Positions 19,809 through 29,896 of a stretch of DNA of 64,000 nucleotides are shown piece by piece. The position numbers and the translations under genes are program-made. This stretch comes from a virus. Within the stretch, counting starts at the first letter, position 1, and every line of letters starts with the position of its first letter. Location: positions 64,001 through 128,000 of IMG/VR virus record IMGVR_UViG_3300020477_000001; one strand, 5' to 3'. The notes under the pieces were generated by a model that saw only the letters and a program-made list of their open reading frames with translations, searched no databases and was not told the origin of the DNA.

Positions 19809-22265
19809 TCATTGGCAGCTTTCGCATGTTGGGTCTAATATGCTACAAGCAGTTTGACCGCTTAGAGCTTCGTGTTTGCTTGCTATTTGATCCGCCATTT
19901 GTGTGTTGGTGGACTTTTCAATTTTGCTTGCCGATTTATTTCTTAGATAATAAGTGCTCTTCAGACCTCTATTCCTCGCATGAATATAGAGATCATTCAA
20001 ATATTTTAAAGATGTTTCTTTATTAAATAAATTTAAAGATTGCCCCATGTCGATCCATTTTTGCTTAGCGGCAGCTAAGTCAACTAATTTAAATTGGTCG
20101 TGATTAAAGGCAGTACAATATCGCTCTTTGAGGTCTTCTGGGATTTCACCATTAAGCATCGATAAGTCCCCGTCAACTGACTTAATGGCTTCAACCATGG
20201 ATTGATTCCATATTCCCCTGTCTTTGCATTCCTTAATGAACCATTCATTTACTATCGTAAGATTTCCGCTTTTATTCTCGTAAACAAAAAGTACTGAAAA
20301 GTCTGGCTCAATGCATGGGGAGCATCCTTGGATGTAAGAAATAGTAGCAGTTGGTGCTATTGCCATTGTGTTGCTGTTTCTCATTCCAGACTCCGAAATA
20401 GAATCCCTAACGACCTTCCAGTCTAGCTCTGGGCAGAATTTTTTACCTCTGTGAATGATTGGTTTTTCACCGAGGTACTCCATGAGGTTTTTGTATGTGT
20501 CAATTGGCAGAACGTTTTGACTCCATAGTGAGCCTTCATAGGTGGGGTACGTTCCTCGTTCTTTGGCTAGCTTGCTTGAATTAAAGATACAGTGGTAAGA
20601 GATAAACTCGTATAATTCATCTGAAAACTTAACTGCCTCGTCTGAGGAGAAGTTTACTTTGTAAGAGTGAAACACATCAGCCCAACCCATGCTGCCAGCG
20701 CCGACTGGTCTGTGCTTTAAGTTGGAGTTTTCTGCTTCCTTGGTTGGGTAAAAGTTTAGATCGATTACGTTGTCAAGCATCCTCATCTGGGTTTTGATAG
20801 TCTTGGCGAGGAGCTTAAAGTCTAGTGTTCCGTTCTCTTTTAGATGTTGTTTTAAGTTTACTGAGCTTAAGTTGCAGACGGCTGTTTCTCCTACTTCAGA
20901 CTTTTCTCCCTCGTTGAATAAGGATGGTTTGGTGTGTAGGAATATTTCAGTGCATAGATTAGAACTATGAACGATGCCTTCGTGGATGTTTGAGTATCGG
21001 AAGTTAGCATTGTCTTTAAAGGTCATCCAAGGGTGACCTGTTTCGAACAGAACTCTTAACATTTTTTTCCAGAGTTCTTTTGCTTTTATTTTTTTAAAAT
21101 TATTTAATTCTCCCTTATCTGCCATCTTGCAGTACTTCTTGTATTTTTTGTCAAACTCCGTACCGTAGCATTCATGTAGGTCTCTCGTGTCGGATGGAGA
21201 GAACAAGTACCAGTCTTCATCTGATTTGATTTTCCTAATGAAAAGGTCTGGTATCCAGTTAGCGGTGTTCATGTCATGACACCTTCTTCTTTCATCTCCC
21301 GTGTTCTTCTTTAGGTCTAGGAAGTCTTCGATATCTAAGTGCCAAGGCTCAAGATAGGCGCACCCAGCACCCGGTCTTTTTCCGCCTTGATCAACCGCTA
21401 TGAGTGTATCGTTATAAATCTTTAGCCAAGGAATTAGGCCAGAAGATTTTCCATTAGTGCCTTTGACATAAGAATTAGAAGCCCTAAAGTTGCTAACATC
21501 GAAACCCAAACCTCCAGCGAACTTACTTTTTCTGGCTTCCTGCCAGAGACCCTCAAAAATACCATCAATGGAATCATCAAAAGTATTAAGATAGCAGCTA
21601 GAAAGCTGGCTATGAGTGCTGCCGCTGTTGAAAAGAGTAGGAGTAGAGCAGCACAAGCGAAAAGTAGAAAGTACATCGTAGAATTCGATAGCTTTTTCAT
21701 TTTTATTATCCTCGTTTATAGCTAGACCCATTGCTACTCTCATCCAGAATGCTTGAGGTGTTTCTACCCTAATCTCGTCAATGCAATGAAGGTATCTGTC
21801 GTAAATTGTTTGTAAGCCTAGGTACTTAAACATTAAGTCTCTGCTTGGATCAATAGCCTCAGAGAGTCGCTTGAGGTCAAAGTCTAGGAGTTCTTCGGAA
21901 ATTATATCTTCTTTTGTGAGTTTTTTTAAATTTGATACAAAACAAACTCTATATTGCTCATTAAAGTTTTCCGCATTTCTGCTCTCTCTAAATACCTCCT
22001 TGTGTATCGTGCCTAACAAAAGCTTTGAAGCGACATAGGCGTAATTTGGTTCTTTTTCTATCTTTTGCCTCGCGCTCATGATGAGGGCAGAGTCTATTTC
22101 CTTTGTTGTAATCTTATCGTAAAGTTGAACGTGGGCATCTAATACTACTTCGCTCGCTGAAACATTCTCTAGGTCTTCACAAGACCTTTCGGCGCATAAG
22201 TTAATTTTGTTAATGTTGAGGGGCTGAAGTCTTCCATTTCTCTTCTTTACGTTGATTGAGCTCAT
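19809..22265 (-). CDS. nrdA: ribonucleotide reductase large subunit with ATP cone
   Basis: VKKRNG ATP cone, STPTLFN, LSSCY, SNLCTEI, AIAPTAT, GLKSTYY, C-terminal CESCQ. Confidence 0.95.
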   Translation of the reverse strand: MSSINVKKRNGRLQPLNINKINLCAERSCEDLENVSASEVVLDAHVQLYDKITTKEIDSALIMSARQKIEKEPNYAYVASKLLLGTIHKEVFRESRNAENFNEQYRVCFVSNLKKLTKEDIISEELLDFDLKRLSEAIDPSRDLMFKYLGLQTIYDRYLHCIDEIRVETPQAFWMRVAMGLAINEDNKNEKAIEFYDVLSTFRLCCSTPTLFNSGSTHSQLSSCYLNTFDDSIDGIFEGLWQEARKSKFAGGLGFDVSNFRASNSYVKGTNGKSSGLIPWLKIYNDTLIAVDQGGKRPGAGCAYLEPWHLDIEDFLDLKKNTGDERRRCHDMNTANWIPDLFIRKIKSDEDWYLFSPSDTRDLHECYGTEFDKKYKKYCKMADKGELNNFKKIKAKELWKKMLRVLFETGHPWMTFKDNANFRYSNIHEGIVHSSNLCTEIFLHTKPSLFNEGEKSEVGETAVCNLSSVNLKQHLKENGTLDFKLLAKTIKTQMRMLDNVIDLNFYPTKEAENSNLKHRPVGAGSMGWADVFHSYKVNFSSDEAVKFSDELYEFISYHCIFNSSKLAKERGTYPTYEGSLWSQNVLPIDTYKNLMEYLGEKPIIHRGKKFCPELDWKVVRDSISESGMRNSNTMAIAPTATISYIQGCSPCIEPDFSVLFVYENKSGNLTIVNEWFIKECKDRGIWNQSMVEAIKSVDGDLSMLNGEIPEDLKERYCTAFNHDQFKLVDLAAAKQKWIDMGQSLNLFNKETSLKYLNDLYIHARNRGLKSTYYLRNKSASKIEKSTNTQMADQIASKHEALSGQTACSILDPTCESCQ

Positions 22266-22376
22266 TATACTTTACAGGATAGGTAGATTAGATTACATCT
22301 TTTTTTAATGGAGGAAAAGAAAAAAAACCTTGTTGGGGAATTTTGTTGAAGAGCAACTTAAATATGTGTAATTAAG

Positions 22377-22721
22377 TTAAGTATTTGTATCGTTTTGGTG
22401 CTTCATTCCGTTCCTTTTGGCTGAGTAGTTTTTAAAGTGCTTTTCTTTAACGCTATCTTTACCCTCGCTCTTAGTTCTTGCTTCGCTTGCTTCTCTGGAT
22501 GCGTCCCAAAGGTCACCGAAAGTTCCTTTTTTATTTTCGGTTTTCCTCATGAAGCTTTCAAGTGATCCATCTACTCGTGTGTCTATTGAGCTATTTGGGG
22601 AAGTAAATACTCTGCGCCATTCTACTCCATCTGGGCTAGTGTACGAGTGGTCGTCTTTCATGGATTGAACTATTTCAATTATTTCTCCTGTTTCTGGATT
22701 TTCAAATTCGTAGATAGGCAT
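22377..22721 (-). CDS. FmdB-like small protein (zinc-ribbon Cys absent)
   Basis: MPIYEF..P.TG...E N-terminus, RRVFTSP. Confidence 0.55.
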   Translation of the reverse strand: MPIYEFENPETGEIIEIVQSMKDDHSYTSPDGVEWRRVFTSPNSSIDTRVDGSLESFMRKTENKKGTFGDLWDASREASEARTKSEGKDSVKEKHFKNYSAKRNGMKHQNDTNT

Positions 22722-22722
22722 C

Positions 22723-23802
22723 TTATTTTATCCTAATATATACATCTTCATAATCAAGTAAATCATCCAGCCTGTCTTTGGCTGATTTATAATTAAAGAA
22801 GCAGTATTCTTTCATGTACCAGTAGAGGAATTTGTCGCTGAGCTCCTTGTCGAACCAAGATTCCGTGTCTATGGCTCTATGTAGGTCGCAGATTTTCCTT
22901 AAGTCGTAAGTTATCCAGTGGTATTCTGGCTGACAAAAGGATATAATTGGCTTAGAGTGCATCATCGCTTCAAATCCCGCTCCAGAGTTTCCTACTATTA
23001 CACATTTACTATTGGGTAGAAAGTCATGTATTGATCGAAAGCCAGTGTGAACTTCAATGCTTGGGCTTATTTTTTCAAGTTCGTATTTTATTTTATTATC
23101 TAACTGCTCATCTTCACTACAGAATTCACCTTTTTCTTTGCCATTCATGTATGGGTGAAGTTTTACAATTATTTTGTCTTTAGAGATTTTAGAAAGCTTT
23201 TCGCATATACCTCTTAGTTTGTAATAATAGGTGAATTCAAAATCCTGTTCGGATACCACCGTATCCCCAAAGCACTGGCCTACTATTAAGAAATAATCAG
23301 TATCTCGTATTGAGCCTTTCTTCTCTAAGGTATTTCTGCAAAACTTTGAGTCGTTTTTCGTCACCCACTCGTAAACGTCTTTGTGAAAGAACTTGTATAC
23401 GTCTTCGTAACTCACGTCCTCAAAGTCTGGCCTGTGGTATGTGATTGAAGAGTATGAGCCGTATCCAAGCTCATCCAGAGTCGCTTGATTTAGGTCCGGT
23501 ACTGTGGGTTTTAAAAATAAATTTAAATTAGAATTTATTTTAAAATTAGATACTTCATCTACTGTGGAGTGATTGTATATGCAAACGTCGAACTGAATAC
23601 TCTTTGCTTCTTCTGTTGAGATGCTTCGTATATGTCGCGGAGACAGTGACTCGAATTTATTGCAGTCTATGCTTAGGTCGTTTAGCTTATATATCTCATA
23701 CCCTTTGTCTGCTAAGGATTTGCATAGCCATTCGTACCTACATGCCCAGTCGATTAAGATGACATCAATCTTGTGACTGTGTAAGAGAGCCTTTGGTTTC
23801 AT
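22723..23802 (-). CDS. KpsS/KpsC-like capsular polysaccharide glycosyltransferase
   Basis: GQCFGD, IVKLHP, NSGAGFEAMMHSKP. Confidence 0.6.
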   Translation of the reverse strand: MKPKALLHSHKIDVILIDWACRYEWLCKSLADKGYEIYKLNDLSIDCNKFESLSPRHIRSISTEEAKSIQFDVCIYNHSTVDEVSNFKINSNLNLFLKPTVPDLNQATLDELGYGSYSSITYHRPDFEDVSYEDVYKFFHKDVYEWVTKNDSKFCRNTLEKKGSIRDTDYFLIVGQCFGDTVVSEQDFEFTYYYKLRGICEKLSKISKDKIIVKLHPYMNGKEKGEFCSEDEQLDNKIKYELEKISPSIEVHTGFRSIHDFLPNSKCVIVGNSGAGFEAMMHSKPIISFCQPEYHWITYDLRKICDLHRAIDTESWFDKELSDKFLYWYMKEYCFFNYKSAKDRLDDLLDYEDVYIRIK

Positions 23803-23820
23803 TTCGTCGGCCTCTTTTCA

Positions 23821-24897
23821 TTAAAGGTGAGAAAGTATTTGGTCTAGGGTCTTGGAGTAGGTGAATTCTTCTTTTAACTTTACCCCTTCTTCGTTAATTG
23901 GGTTGCTTTTATACCTCTTAACCGCTTCTTCGCAAGCAGAAATAAATTCGTCTTCGTTGAAATCGAATATATTGCCTTGATTGAAGGGGGAGTCTTTTTT
24001 GAAGAATACGCCGTCTTCTGCTGGTATTTTGCCTGTAGGATTTACTAGTACTGAGTTGCTTTCATTTGCCCACATCTTGTATGAGTGAGCGTTCAGTATG
24101 ACCGCGTGTTTACCTAAGCAGACTGACTGAAACTCTGGTAAGCCCCAGCCTTCACCGCCAGACATGCCAACTACAATGTTTCCGCAGTTTAGGTAGTCAT
24201 TGTACATCGTATTAAGGGGCATAAAGCCGAGCATGTTGACGTTAAAGTATTCTTTTCCGCCTAAGCTCCTCTTGATTAATTCTGAATTTTTCGCTGGATC
24301 AAGGAACGTATTGAATACAGCGCAGTTTAGGTAGTAATTTTTATTGTTACCAAACTTCTTGACCCAAGAACTAATTACTTTTTCGTGGTGCTTGCGTTTC
24401 TCGAACTTGCCTACTAGGTTGAATACTATCTTTTTATCGACGAAGTAATCTCTGTTTGTGTTGTGGAAATTTACATCATCGAACCCAAGTTTGACTACGC
24501 TTGATTCAACTCCAGATTTTGCGAAGGTATTTTTTGAGTAGTCGGATGTGAATAGTAGCCTATGATTATTCTTAGCTATGTTTACTTCTGTCTCCGTAGG
24601 TTTATCTAGCTCATGGAATGTAATTAAGATTTGCTTTTCGCTAAAAGATTCTAGTGAGCCGTTTAGATGCCATAGCTTAATTACCGGAGTGGACCTGTCA
24701 TGTTCTTTTGAGGACTTATTTATACATGATTGAATCCATTCGAAGAATTCTTTGTCTTGCGGTTGGGACGAGAGGTCCACGTTGCCAACAGGAAACAGAC
24801 AAGGATGCATATCCCTTTTGTACATCTCCCTCAAAAGGGATACACAAACTTGCCCGAACGAGACGGAATTAATTGGGAAGTTTAGCGAGAAGTCCAT
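23821..24897 (-). CDS. GT4-like glycosyltransferase
   Basis: VGKFEKRK, SGGEGWGLPEFQS; start taken at MDFSL. Confidence 0.75.
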   Translation of the reverse strand: MDFSLNFPINSVSFGQVCVSLLREMYKRDMHPCLFPVGNVDLSSQPQDKEFFEWIQSCINKSSKEHDRSTPVIKLWHLNGSLESFSEKQILITFHELDKPTETEVNIAKNNHRLLFTSDYSKNTFAKSGVESSVVKLGFDDVNFHNTNRDYFVDKKIVFNLVGKFEKRKHHEKVISSWVKKFGNNKNYYLNCAVFNTFLDPAKNSELIKRSLGGKEYFNVNMLGFMPLNTMYNDYLNCGNIVVGMSGGEGWGLPEFQSVCLGKHAVILNAHSYKMWANESNSVLVNPTGKIPAEDGVFFKKDSPFNQGNIFDFNEDEFISACEEAVKRYKSNPINEEGVKLKEEFTYSKTLDQILSHL

Positions 24898-24904
24898 AGG
24901 TGAC

Positions 24905-25198
24905 CTATAGTAGTTCCTCGCATTCCTCCGTCTCCTCAACAGATTCTTTCACTACTTGAACCTTCTGTTGTTGGTTGTTGTTTCTCTGGGTGGATTCGTA
25001 GATTCTAAGAAAGGGTTGGTTACTGCCTTCAGTGTGGTACTTATTGTTGAAGACGGTAAGTTTTACCTCACCTGCTTCAACCCACTTTTTTGCCAGTTCC
25101 TTAGTTACCTTGATGTTTCCACCATAGTACTCTTCCTTGCTGTCGTTTCTCATTTCTCTTTTCCAGAGAGCCCCTAGTTCATTTTCTTTATTTGCCAT
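24905..25198 (-). CDS. hypothetical protein (ELGALW motif, acidic tail; possible ssDNA-binding)
   Basis: ELGALWK..., QP.LRIY, acidic C-terminus. Confidence 0.45.
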   Translation of the reverse strand: MANKENELGALWKREMRNDSKEEYYGGNIKVTKELAKKWVEAGEVKLTVFNNKYHTEGSNQPFLRIYESTQRNNNQQQKVQVVKESVEETEECEELL

Positions 25199-25221
25199 AG
25201 CTACGAACTTTATTGCGTTTT

Positions 25222-25824
25222 TTAATTGTTGTCAATTTCTTTCTTGTACTGCTGTAAGAAATTTTTAATATGATTTTCTAGGGACTCGTTAAGCCCTTCA
25301 CTGACAGTTTTCCATTGAACTTTGTAGTCAGAGTTCATAAACAGGTGAGGGTCGTTCCTTAACTCTTCTTCGTTTGCGCCTTTTAAAAATATTTTAAAAT
25401 TATCTTCATTAAGGTCATACCTACCTATGTAAACTAGCTTTCCTTTGAGTTCGTGCTTGAGCCAAGAAAGCTCGTCATGTTCATAATCGCAGTACCTTAT
25501 GTCGGTTATTACTGCAATTGTTTTAGGTGAATCAAATTCTTTTATTTCTTTTTCTATTCTAGAAATCCAGTATCTGCCTTCTGTCTCTTCCCTTTTCCTT
25601 TTCGCATGAGCCACGAGGGTGTTTCTGATTTTATTTTTATCTTCAATCGAGCAATTAGTTGGATCGATTCCGTATTTACTAACACAGTAATCCTTGCATT
25701 CTTCCTTTAGTTTATCAGCCAAACTAAACCTCTTGACTTCAAAACTTGTACTTGCAAGTCTCTTTAAAATGCTAAAAAAAGTATCTTTTCCTGCTCCAGC
25801 AACACCAGTAATTCCAAGTATCAT
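25222..25824 (-). CDS. deoxynucleoside monophosphate kinase (T4 gp1-like)
   Basis: GITGVAGAGKDT P-loop, SLADKLK, VITDIRY. Confidence 0.75.
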   Translation of the reverse strand: MILGITGVAGAGKDTFFSILKRLASTSFEVKRFSLADKLKEECKDYCVSKYGIDPTNCSIEDKNKIRNTLVAHAKRKREETEGRYWISRIEKEIKEFDSPKTIAVITDIRYCDYEHDELSWLKHELKGKLVYIGRYDLNEDNFKIFLKGANEEELRNDPHLFMNSDYKVQWKTVSEGLNESLENHIKNFLQQYKKEIDNN

Positions 25825-26045
25825 TTAACTTCCCATTTGTATTTCATTAATTTTTCAAGTATCTTGTCCCTCTTTACCCTAGCGCTTTCTACATCATCAA
25901 CCCTTAAGCTTTTTCTAATTCTCTCGGAAGTCCCGTCGTCGTACTGGACCATAAAGTGAATCCACCAATACCTCCCGTTCCTCCAGATATGGTGGTTAAG
26001 GTTGGACTCATCTACCTTTACTGAACCTTTGAATCTTCTACTCAT
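25821..26045 (-). CDS. hypothetical protein
   Basis: NLNHHIWRNGRYWWIHF...RIRKSL...AR.KRD. Confidence 0.55.
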   Translation of the reverse strand: MSRRFKGSVKVDESNLNHHIWRNGRYWWIHFMVQYDDGTSERIRKSLRVDDVESARVKRDKILEKLMKYKWEVK

Positions 26046-26100
26046 TATTGTATCATTAACTGCTTTGCATATCCTAACTTTCTTTAGGATAAATTAGATA

Positions 26101-26124
26101 CAAAACCCCCCGCGAAGGGGGGCT
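26101..26124 (-). terminator. intrinsic terminator
   Basis: AGCCCCCC TTCG CGGGGGGTTTT on - strand. Confidence 0.6.
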
Positions 26125-26410
26125 TGCATATCCAACTTTCTTCTAGGGCTTTTTTTGTTAAGGTGTAAGCATCACCGATACGCATCGATAATATCGAAGT
26201 CATCTCCCATACAGGGTGAGAAACTGTGCTTAAAAACTCATTACAATGACTAACCACAACACGCCGGGGTATTGCGATGGGAATTACCCATCAGTTTTTT
26301 GTTAAAGCCGCCTTTCGAATGAAGCTGATGGCGCAGCTACCGCGATGGTCATTCTTAGGAAACCCTACCGTTTACTCTCGGCGGGCTAAAGGAGGTTCTG
26401 ACCCCTTGAT
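26101..26410 (-). ncRNA. unidentified ~300-nt structured RNA
   Basis: Phage-type promoter TTGACT-N17-TACCTT (26444-26416, - strand), several hairpins, GC-rich terminator at 26101-26124, no sense ORF of credible length. Confidence 0.6.
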
Positions 26411-26436
26411 GGCCGAAGGTATATGTTTTTTTAATG

Positions 26437-26880
26437 TCAGTCAATATCATTTTCGTCTTCTTCCTCTTTTTCTTTTTTAGCTAAAGTATTCTTGAAATGA
26501 GAATACATAATTAAGAGGTTCTTAACGTCTTTTTCTTTTATGTCTGTTGATTGACAGTAATCAGAGTGGTCATTAATCATGTCACAAAATTCGTTTATCT
26601 CCCTAGCAATAGCCATACATAAAGTTTCATTTAACTCTACTGTCTGTTTATAAGATTCTATTCTTTTTTCAAGAACCCAAAAATCCCTACTCTCGTGATT
26701 TACTTTTTTAATTAATTTATATTCTTCTAAAGAATCCAAAGCACCCCTCACCACTGCGTCCCTCTCCTCGGTATCTTCCACAATAGGCTCCAGAATTTCC
26801 GAAGATTTTTTCATAGTAAACACAGCCTCGTTTTCCCTAAACCAAGAAAGAAGCTTGTCTGAGCAATCAGAAATATTCAT
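26437..26880 (-). CDS. hypothetical protein
   Basis: ORF; ATG at 26880 follows a TTGACT promoter on the - strand. Confidence 0.6.
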   Translation of the reverse strand: MNISDCSDKLLSWFRENEAVFTMKKSSEILEPIVEDTEERDAVVRGALDSLEEYKLIKKVNHESRDFWVLEKRIESYKQTVELNETLCMAIAREINEFCDMINDHSDYCQSTDIKEKDVKNLLIMYSHFKNTLAKKEKEEEDENDID

Positions 26881-26965
26881 GCCTCGAACTATATGTTTAA
26901 ATTTTAAAAAAGTCAAAAAATGGATATTGACCACTTTAAAAAGTATGTTACTCTTAACTTAAATT

Positions 26966-27193
26966 ATGAGTAATAAAGCCACCAAGGAAAGAAAACAAAG
27001 AGTAGTAATCGATTGGCCAGAGAACCAGTTTTCTGCGGAAGAGGTCTACGAAGCCTTCAAACAAAGAATTTCTAGGGTTTCCGTCCACAGCAAAATCAAT
27101 AAAGCGGTGTCGAACGGAGAGCTCGAAGTCGTAGGTAAGTCCCAGCCACGCACGGGTCGCCCTCGAACCATCTATAAGAAGAGTAATGGATAA
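26966..27193 (+). CDS. small winged-helix-like DNA-binding protein
   Basis: SRVSVHSKINKAV..G.LE...TGRPRTIY. Confidence 0.5.
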   Translation: MSNKATKERKQRVVIDWPENQFSAEEVYEAFKQRISRVSVHSKINKAVSNGELEVVGKSQPRTGRPRTIYKKSNG

Positions 27194-27614
27194 AGACTCC
27201 TCCGGTAGATTATCTTGGGAAAACTATGCGCTGAAGCTGGCTAAAACAGCGAGCGAAAGAAGTGAAGACCCCTACGTAAAAGTAGGGGCTTGCGCGTTAG
27301 GTTGGAGCCATGAGGTCTTAGGTCTGGGTTACAATGGCTTAATGTCGGGTAAAGATGTTGAGCCCTCGTTCTGGGAGGACAGAGATTCACGCAGACCATA
27401 CATGATTCACGCCGAAGTTAATTGCCTTGCTGGAGTCGAAAGAAATAAATGTAAAGTCTTAGCAGTGACACTCTTACCTTGCGCGTATTGCGCCACCTTA
27501 ATAGCTGCACATGAAATACGACACGTAGTTTATGGAGATACTTACGACAGAGACACCAAGGCTTTAGAAATTTTTGATTTTTATGGAATTAAATTACTTA
27601 AATTGGATTTATGA
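27186..27614 (+). CDS. dCMP deaminase family protein
   Basis: RSEDP..KVGAC, GYNG, HAEVN, PCAYC. Confidence 0.85.
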   Translation: MDKDSSGRLSWENYALKLAKTASERSEDPYVKVGACALGWSHEVLGLGYNGLMSGKDVEPSFWEDRDSRRPYMIHAEVNCLAGVERNKCKVLAVTLLPCAYCATLIAAHEIRHVVYGDTYDRDTKALEIFDFYGIKLLKLDL

Positions 27615-27963
27615 CTTTATACTATTTGCATCCTTAAACTTATTGCTGCTTATAGTATGGTTCCAGACGAATGCCTTCATCGAGTACGCCAAGATTCTTG
27701 TCGTAGGAAATAAATTTCTTAAAACTGAAGAGTTCGAAAAGGAGTCACAAATGACTGGAATCAACTATCCAGAGTTTCTTCAATTAAATTATAATTGCTT
27801 TTTAACAAGATTAATGTCTTGCCCCTATTGTATTGTATTTTGGCTTTGCGTGTTTCAATCAATAATGATAGATAAACCCCTAATTGGAGTAGTCGTTTAC
27901 TACCCAACGATACTACTATATTTTTTATTACAATTAATTCTAAAAAAAATTAACGAGGAATAA
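27574..27963 (+). CDS. membrane protein with CPYC motif
   Basis: Hydrophobic helices, LMSCPYCIVFW. Confidence 0.5.
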   Translation: MIFMELNYLNWIYDFILFASLNLLLLIVWFQTNAFIEYAKILVVGNKFLKTEEFEKESQMTGINYPEFLQLNYNCFLTRLMSCPYCIVFWLCVFQSIMIDKPLIGVVVYYPTILLYFLLQLILKKINEE

Positions 27964-27966
27964 AAG

Positions 27967-28254
27967 GTGAAAAAACTAGACCAAGAATCCTTAGTGAGAC
28001 TAATGGAAAAGAATCCAGAGCTTACCGAAGTGCTACCTTGGTCAGAAATGCTAATTAAATACCACAACGGAATCAATAAAGGTTGCTCATGCAATAAAAC
28101 CAAAAGAGCTAAAGCAGCAGAGAATCTTTATGTAGACATAGTAACAAACTTCGTTTCACCGAATAATGACGTAAAAGACTACTTAAAAGACTTCTTTACA
28201 GGTGACAAAATTTTATTTACAAAAGGCGACGAAATTCTACTCACCATTGAATGA
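27967..28254 (+). CDS. hypothetical protein
   Basis: ORF in operon; GCSCNK. Confidence 0.5.
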   Translation: MKKLDQESLVRLMEKNPELTEVLPWSEMLIKYHNGINKGCSCNKTKRAKAAENLYVDIVTNFVSPNNDVKDYLKDFFTGDKILFTKGDEILLTIE

Positions 28255-28711
28255 TGCCCAAAAAGAAGCAAAGTAAAAACAAGCAAAAAAAACCTTCTGG
28301 CGCTGGCAAAGGTGATAAAGCAAGAAATTGTTATAGCAAAAATTTCAAAGACAACTATGACTCCATAGATTGGGGGAAGAAAAAGAAAAAAAGTAAATGA
28401 AAAAAATAATTATTGTCAGTTTATTGATTTGCATTGGATGCGTAAATAACAGCAAATATCGCTACGAGGTTCACCTTAAAGATGGTGACGGAATGATGCA
28501 TCTTTATACAGGTGAAAACTACAAAGACGCAATATCATACATCAAAGAGTATGAAAAAAGCCATGGAGACATGACCCTAATCAAAATGGTGAAAGACTAA
28601 AATAAACATGCAATCCATTCTAACGCTTGCAATTATACTTTTCCCTTTTGCAATTTTATTTTTAACCGCATTTCTCATAATTGATTTATTCGTGGACTTG
28701 TTTAATGATTT

Positions 28712-28788
28712 GGGAAAGTAGCTCAACTGGATAGAGCAACGGTCTTCTAAACCGTAGGTTCTGGGTTCAAGTCCCAGCTTTCCTGCCA
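28712..28788 (+). tRNA. tRNA-Arg(TCT)
   Basis: Acceptor GGGAAAG/CTTTCCT, anticodon arm ACGGT-CTTCTAA-ACCGT, GTTCAA T-loop, encoded CCA. Confidence 0.93.
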
Positions 28789-28795
28789 GACTTGC

Positions 28796-28870
28796 GGGCG
28801 GTTAACTCAGCGGTAGAGTGTCTCGTTTACACCGAGGTTGTCGGGGGTTCGAATCCCTCACCGCCTACCA
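28796..28870 (+). tRNA. tRNA-Val(TAC)
   Basis: Acceptor GGGCGGT/ACCGCCT, anticodon loop TTTACAC, GTTCGAATC, encoded CCA. Confidence 0.93.
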
Positions 28871-28878
28871 TTTTTAAA

Positions 28879-29301
28879 ATGAAAGTTAAATACAAAAAAC
28901 TAAACGACGACGCAATCACTCCAGTTCAAGCGACTAGCGGTGACGCGGGTAATGACTTGTTCTCCACCGAAACAGTTGAGCTAGACCCGCTTCAAAGGAA
29001 GATCGTTAAAACTGGAATTTCTGTAGCCATCCCAGAAGGATACTATGGAAGAGTAGCGCCTCGCAGCGGGCTAGCAGTTAAGCATGGAATAGATGTTTTA
29101 GCTGGCGTGATAGACGCTGGCTACCGAGGCGAAGTCGGAGTAGTGCTAATTAACTTTTCCTCAGATAAAGTAATCTTTGAAAAAGGCTCTAAAATAGCTC
29201 AGCTAATAATAGAAAAGTGCCACGCAACAGAATGGGAAGAAGTTAGCAACCTTTCTGAAACCGAAAGGCTTGATGCAGGTTTTGGTAGCACTGGAGTTTA
29301 A
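28879..29301 (+). CDS. dut: dUTPase (trimeric)
   Basis: AGNDL, PRSGLA, GVIDAGYRGE, KIAQL, GFGSTG; start at ATG 28879 after the tRNA. Confidence 0.93.
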   Translation: MKVKYKKLNDDAITPVQATSGDAGNDLFSTETVELDPLQRKIVKTGISVAIPEGYYGRVAPRSGLAVKHGIDVLAGVIDAGYRGEVGVVLINFSSDKVIFEKGSKIAQLIIEKCHATEWEEVSNLSETERLDAGFGSTGV

Positions 29302-29320
29302 ATAAGTGTAATAACTATAT

Positions 29321-29584
29321 GTGAAAGATATAATTGAAGACTACACCGATGTCTTTGAATCGAATATCTGCGACCCAGACGCCTCTTGGGAAAAATGCTT
29401 CAATAATTTCTGTGACATCATTGCTCTACTCAGAAGCAACAGATACGATGAGAAAAGAATATCAAAATTTTTAATTTGGGCCTCCCAGCTTTTACAAATG
29501 AAAAAAACCATCACCACCCCAGTCGGCACTAGCTTTGTTAACTGGAGAAAAGATTATTCTAGAAAAAATATCTGGAAAGAGTAA
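29321..29584 (+). CDS. hypothetical protein
   Basis: ORF preceded by GTGTAATA motif. Confidence 0.5.
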   Translation: MKDIIEDYTDVFESNICDPDASWEKCFNNFCDIIALLRSNRYDEKRISKFLIWASQLLQMKKTITTPVGTSFVNWRKDYSRKNIWKE

Positions 29585-29614
29585 TAATAGTGTAATTCTT
29601 TCTGGAGGCGAAAA

Positions 29615-29842
29615 ATGAGAACGCCGTTAAAAAAAATTTTTATTAATGATTTAGAAATTAGAGTTTACAGCTTGTCGGAAGCGCTAGGCTCCCCTGTTGC
29701 AGAATCAGTAACCATAATTGACCACTTTAACGATGTTTCCTATGAAGAAGCTGAGCTTATATTTGATTACTTAATTCATGAAGGCTTCATAGAGTCACAA
29801 AACGCTAAATTAGAAATAGCTAAAAATTCTTATTTTAATTAA
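29615..29842 (+). CDS. hypothetical protein
   Basis: ORF with GGAGG SD and upstream GTGTAATT. Confidence 0.55.
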   Translation: MRTPLKKIFINDLEIRVYSLSEALGSPVAESVTIIDHFNDVSYEEAELIFDYLIHEGFIESQNAKLEIAKNSYFN

Positions 29843-29896
29843 AATTTAAAAGTTATAAGCTTGCCGTAACTTAAAAAGTTTCATATAATAGAACAC

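Noticed and set aside
26101-26410. tmRNA, RNase P RNA or self-splicing intron identity
   Set aside because: No tRNA-like ends or tag ORF, no GAGGAAAGUCC, and no group I P/Q/R/S or group II domain V consensus visible.
26277-26480. 67-aa + strand ORF
   Set aside because: Antisense to a promoter- and terminator-bounded structured RNA and overlaps a neighbouring gene; no recognisable motifs.
28792-28878. N-terminal extension of dUTPase in the ORF track
   Set aside because: Overlaps tRNA-Val; the likely start is ATG 28879.
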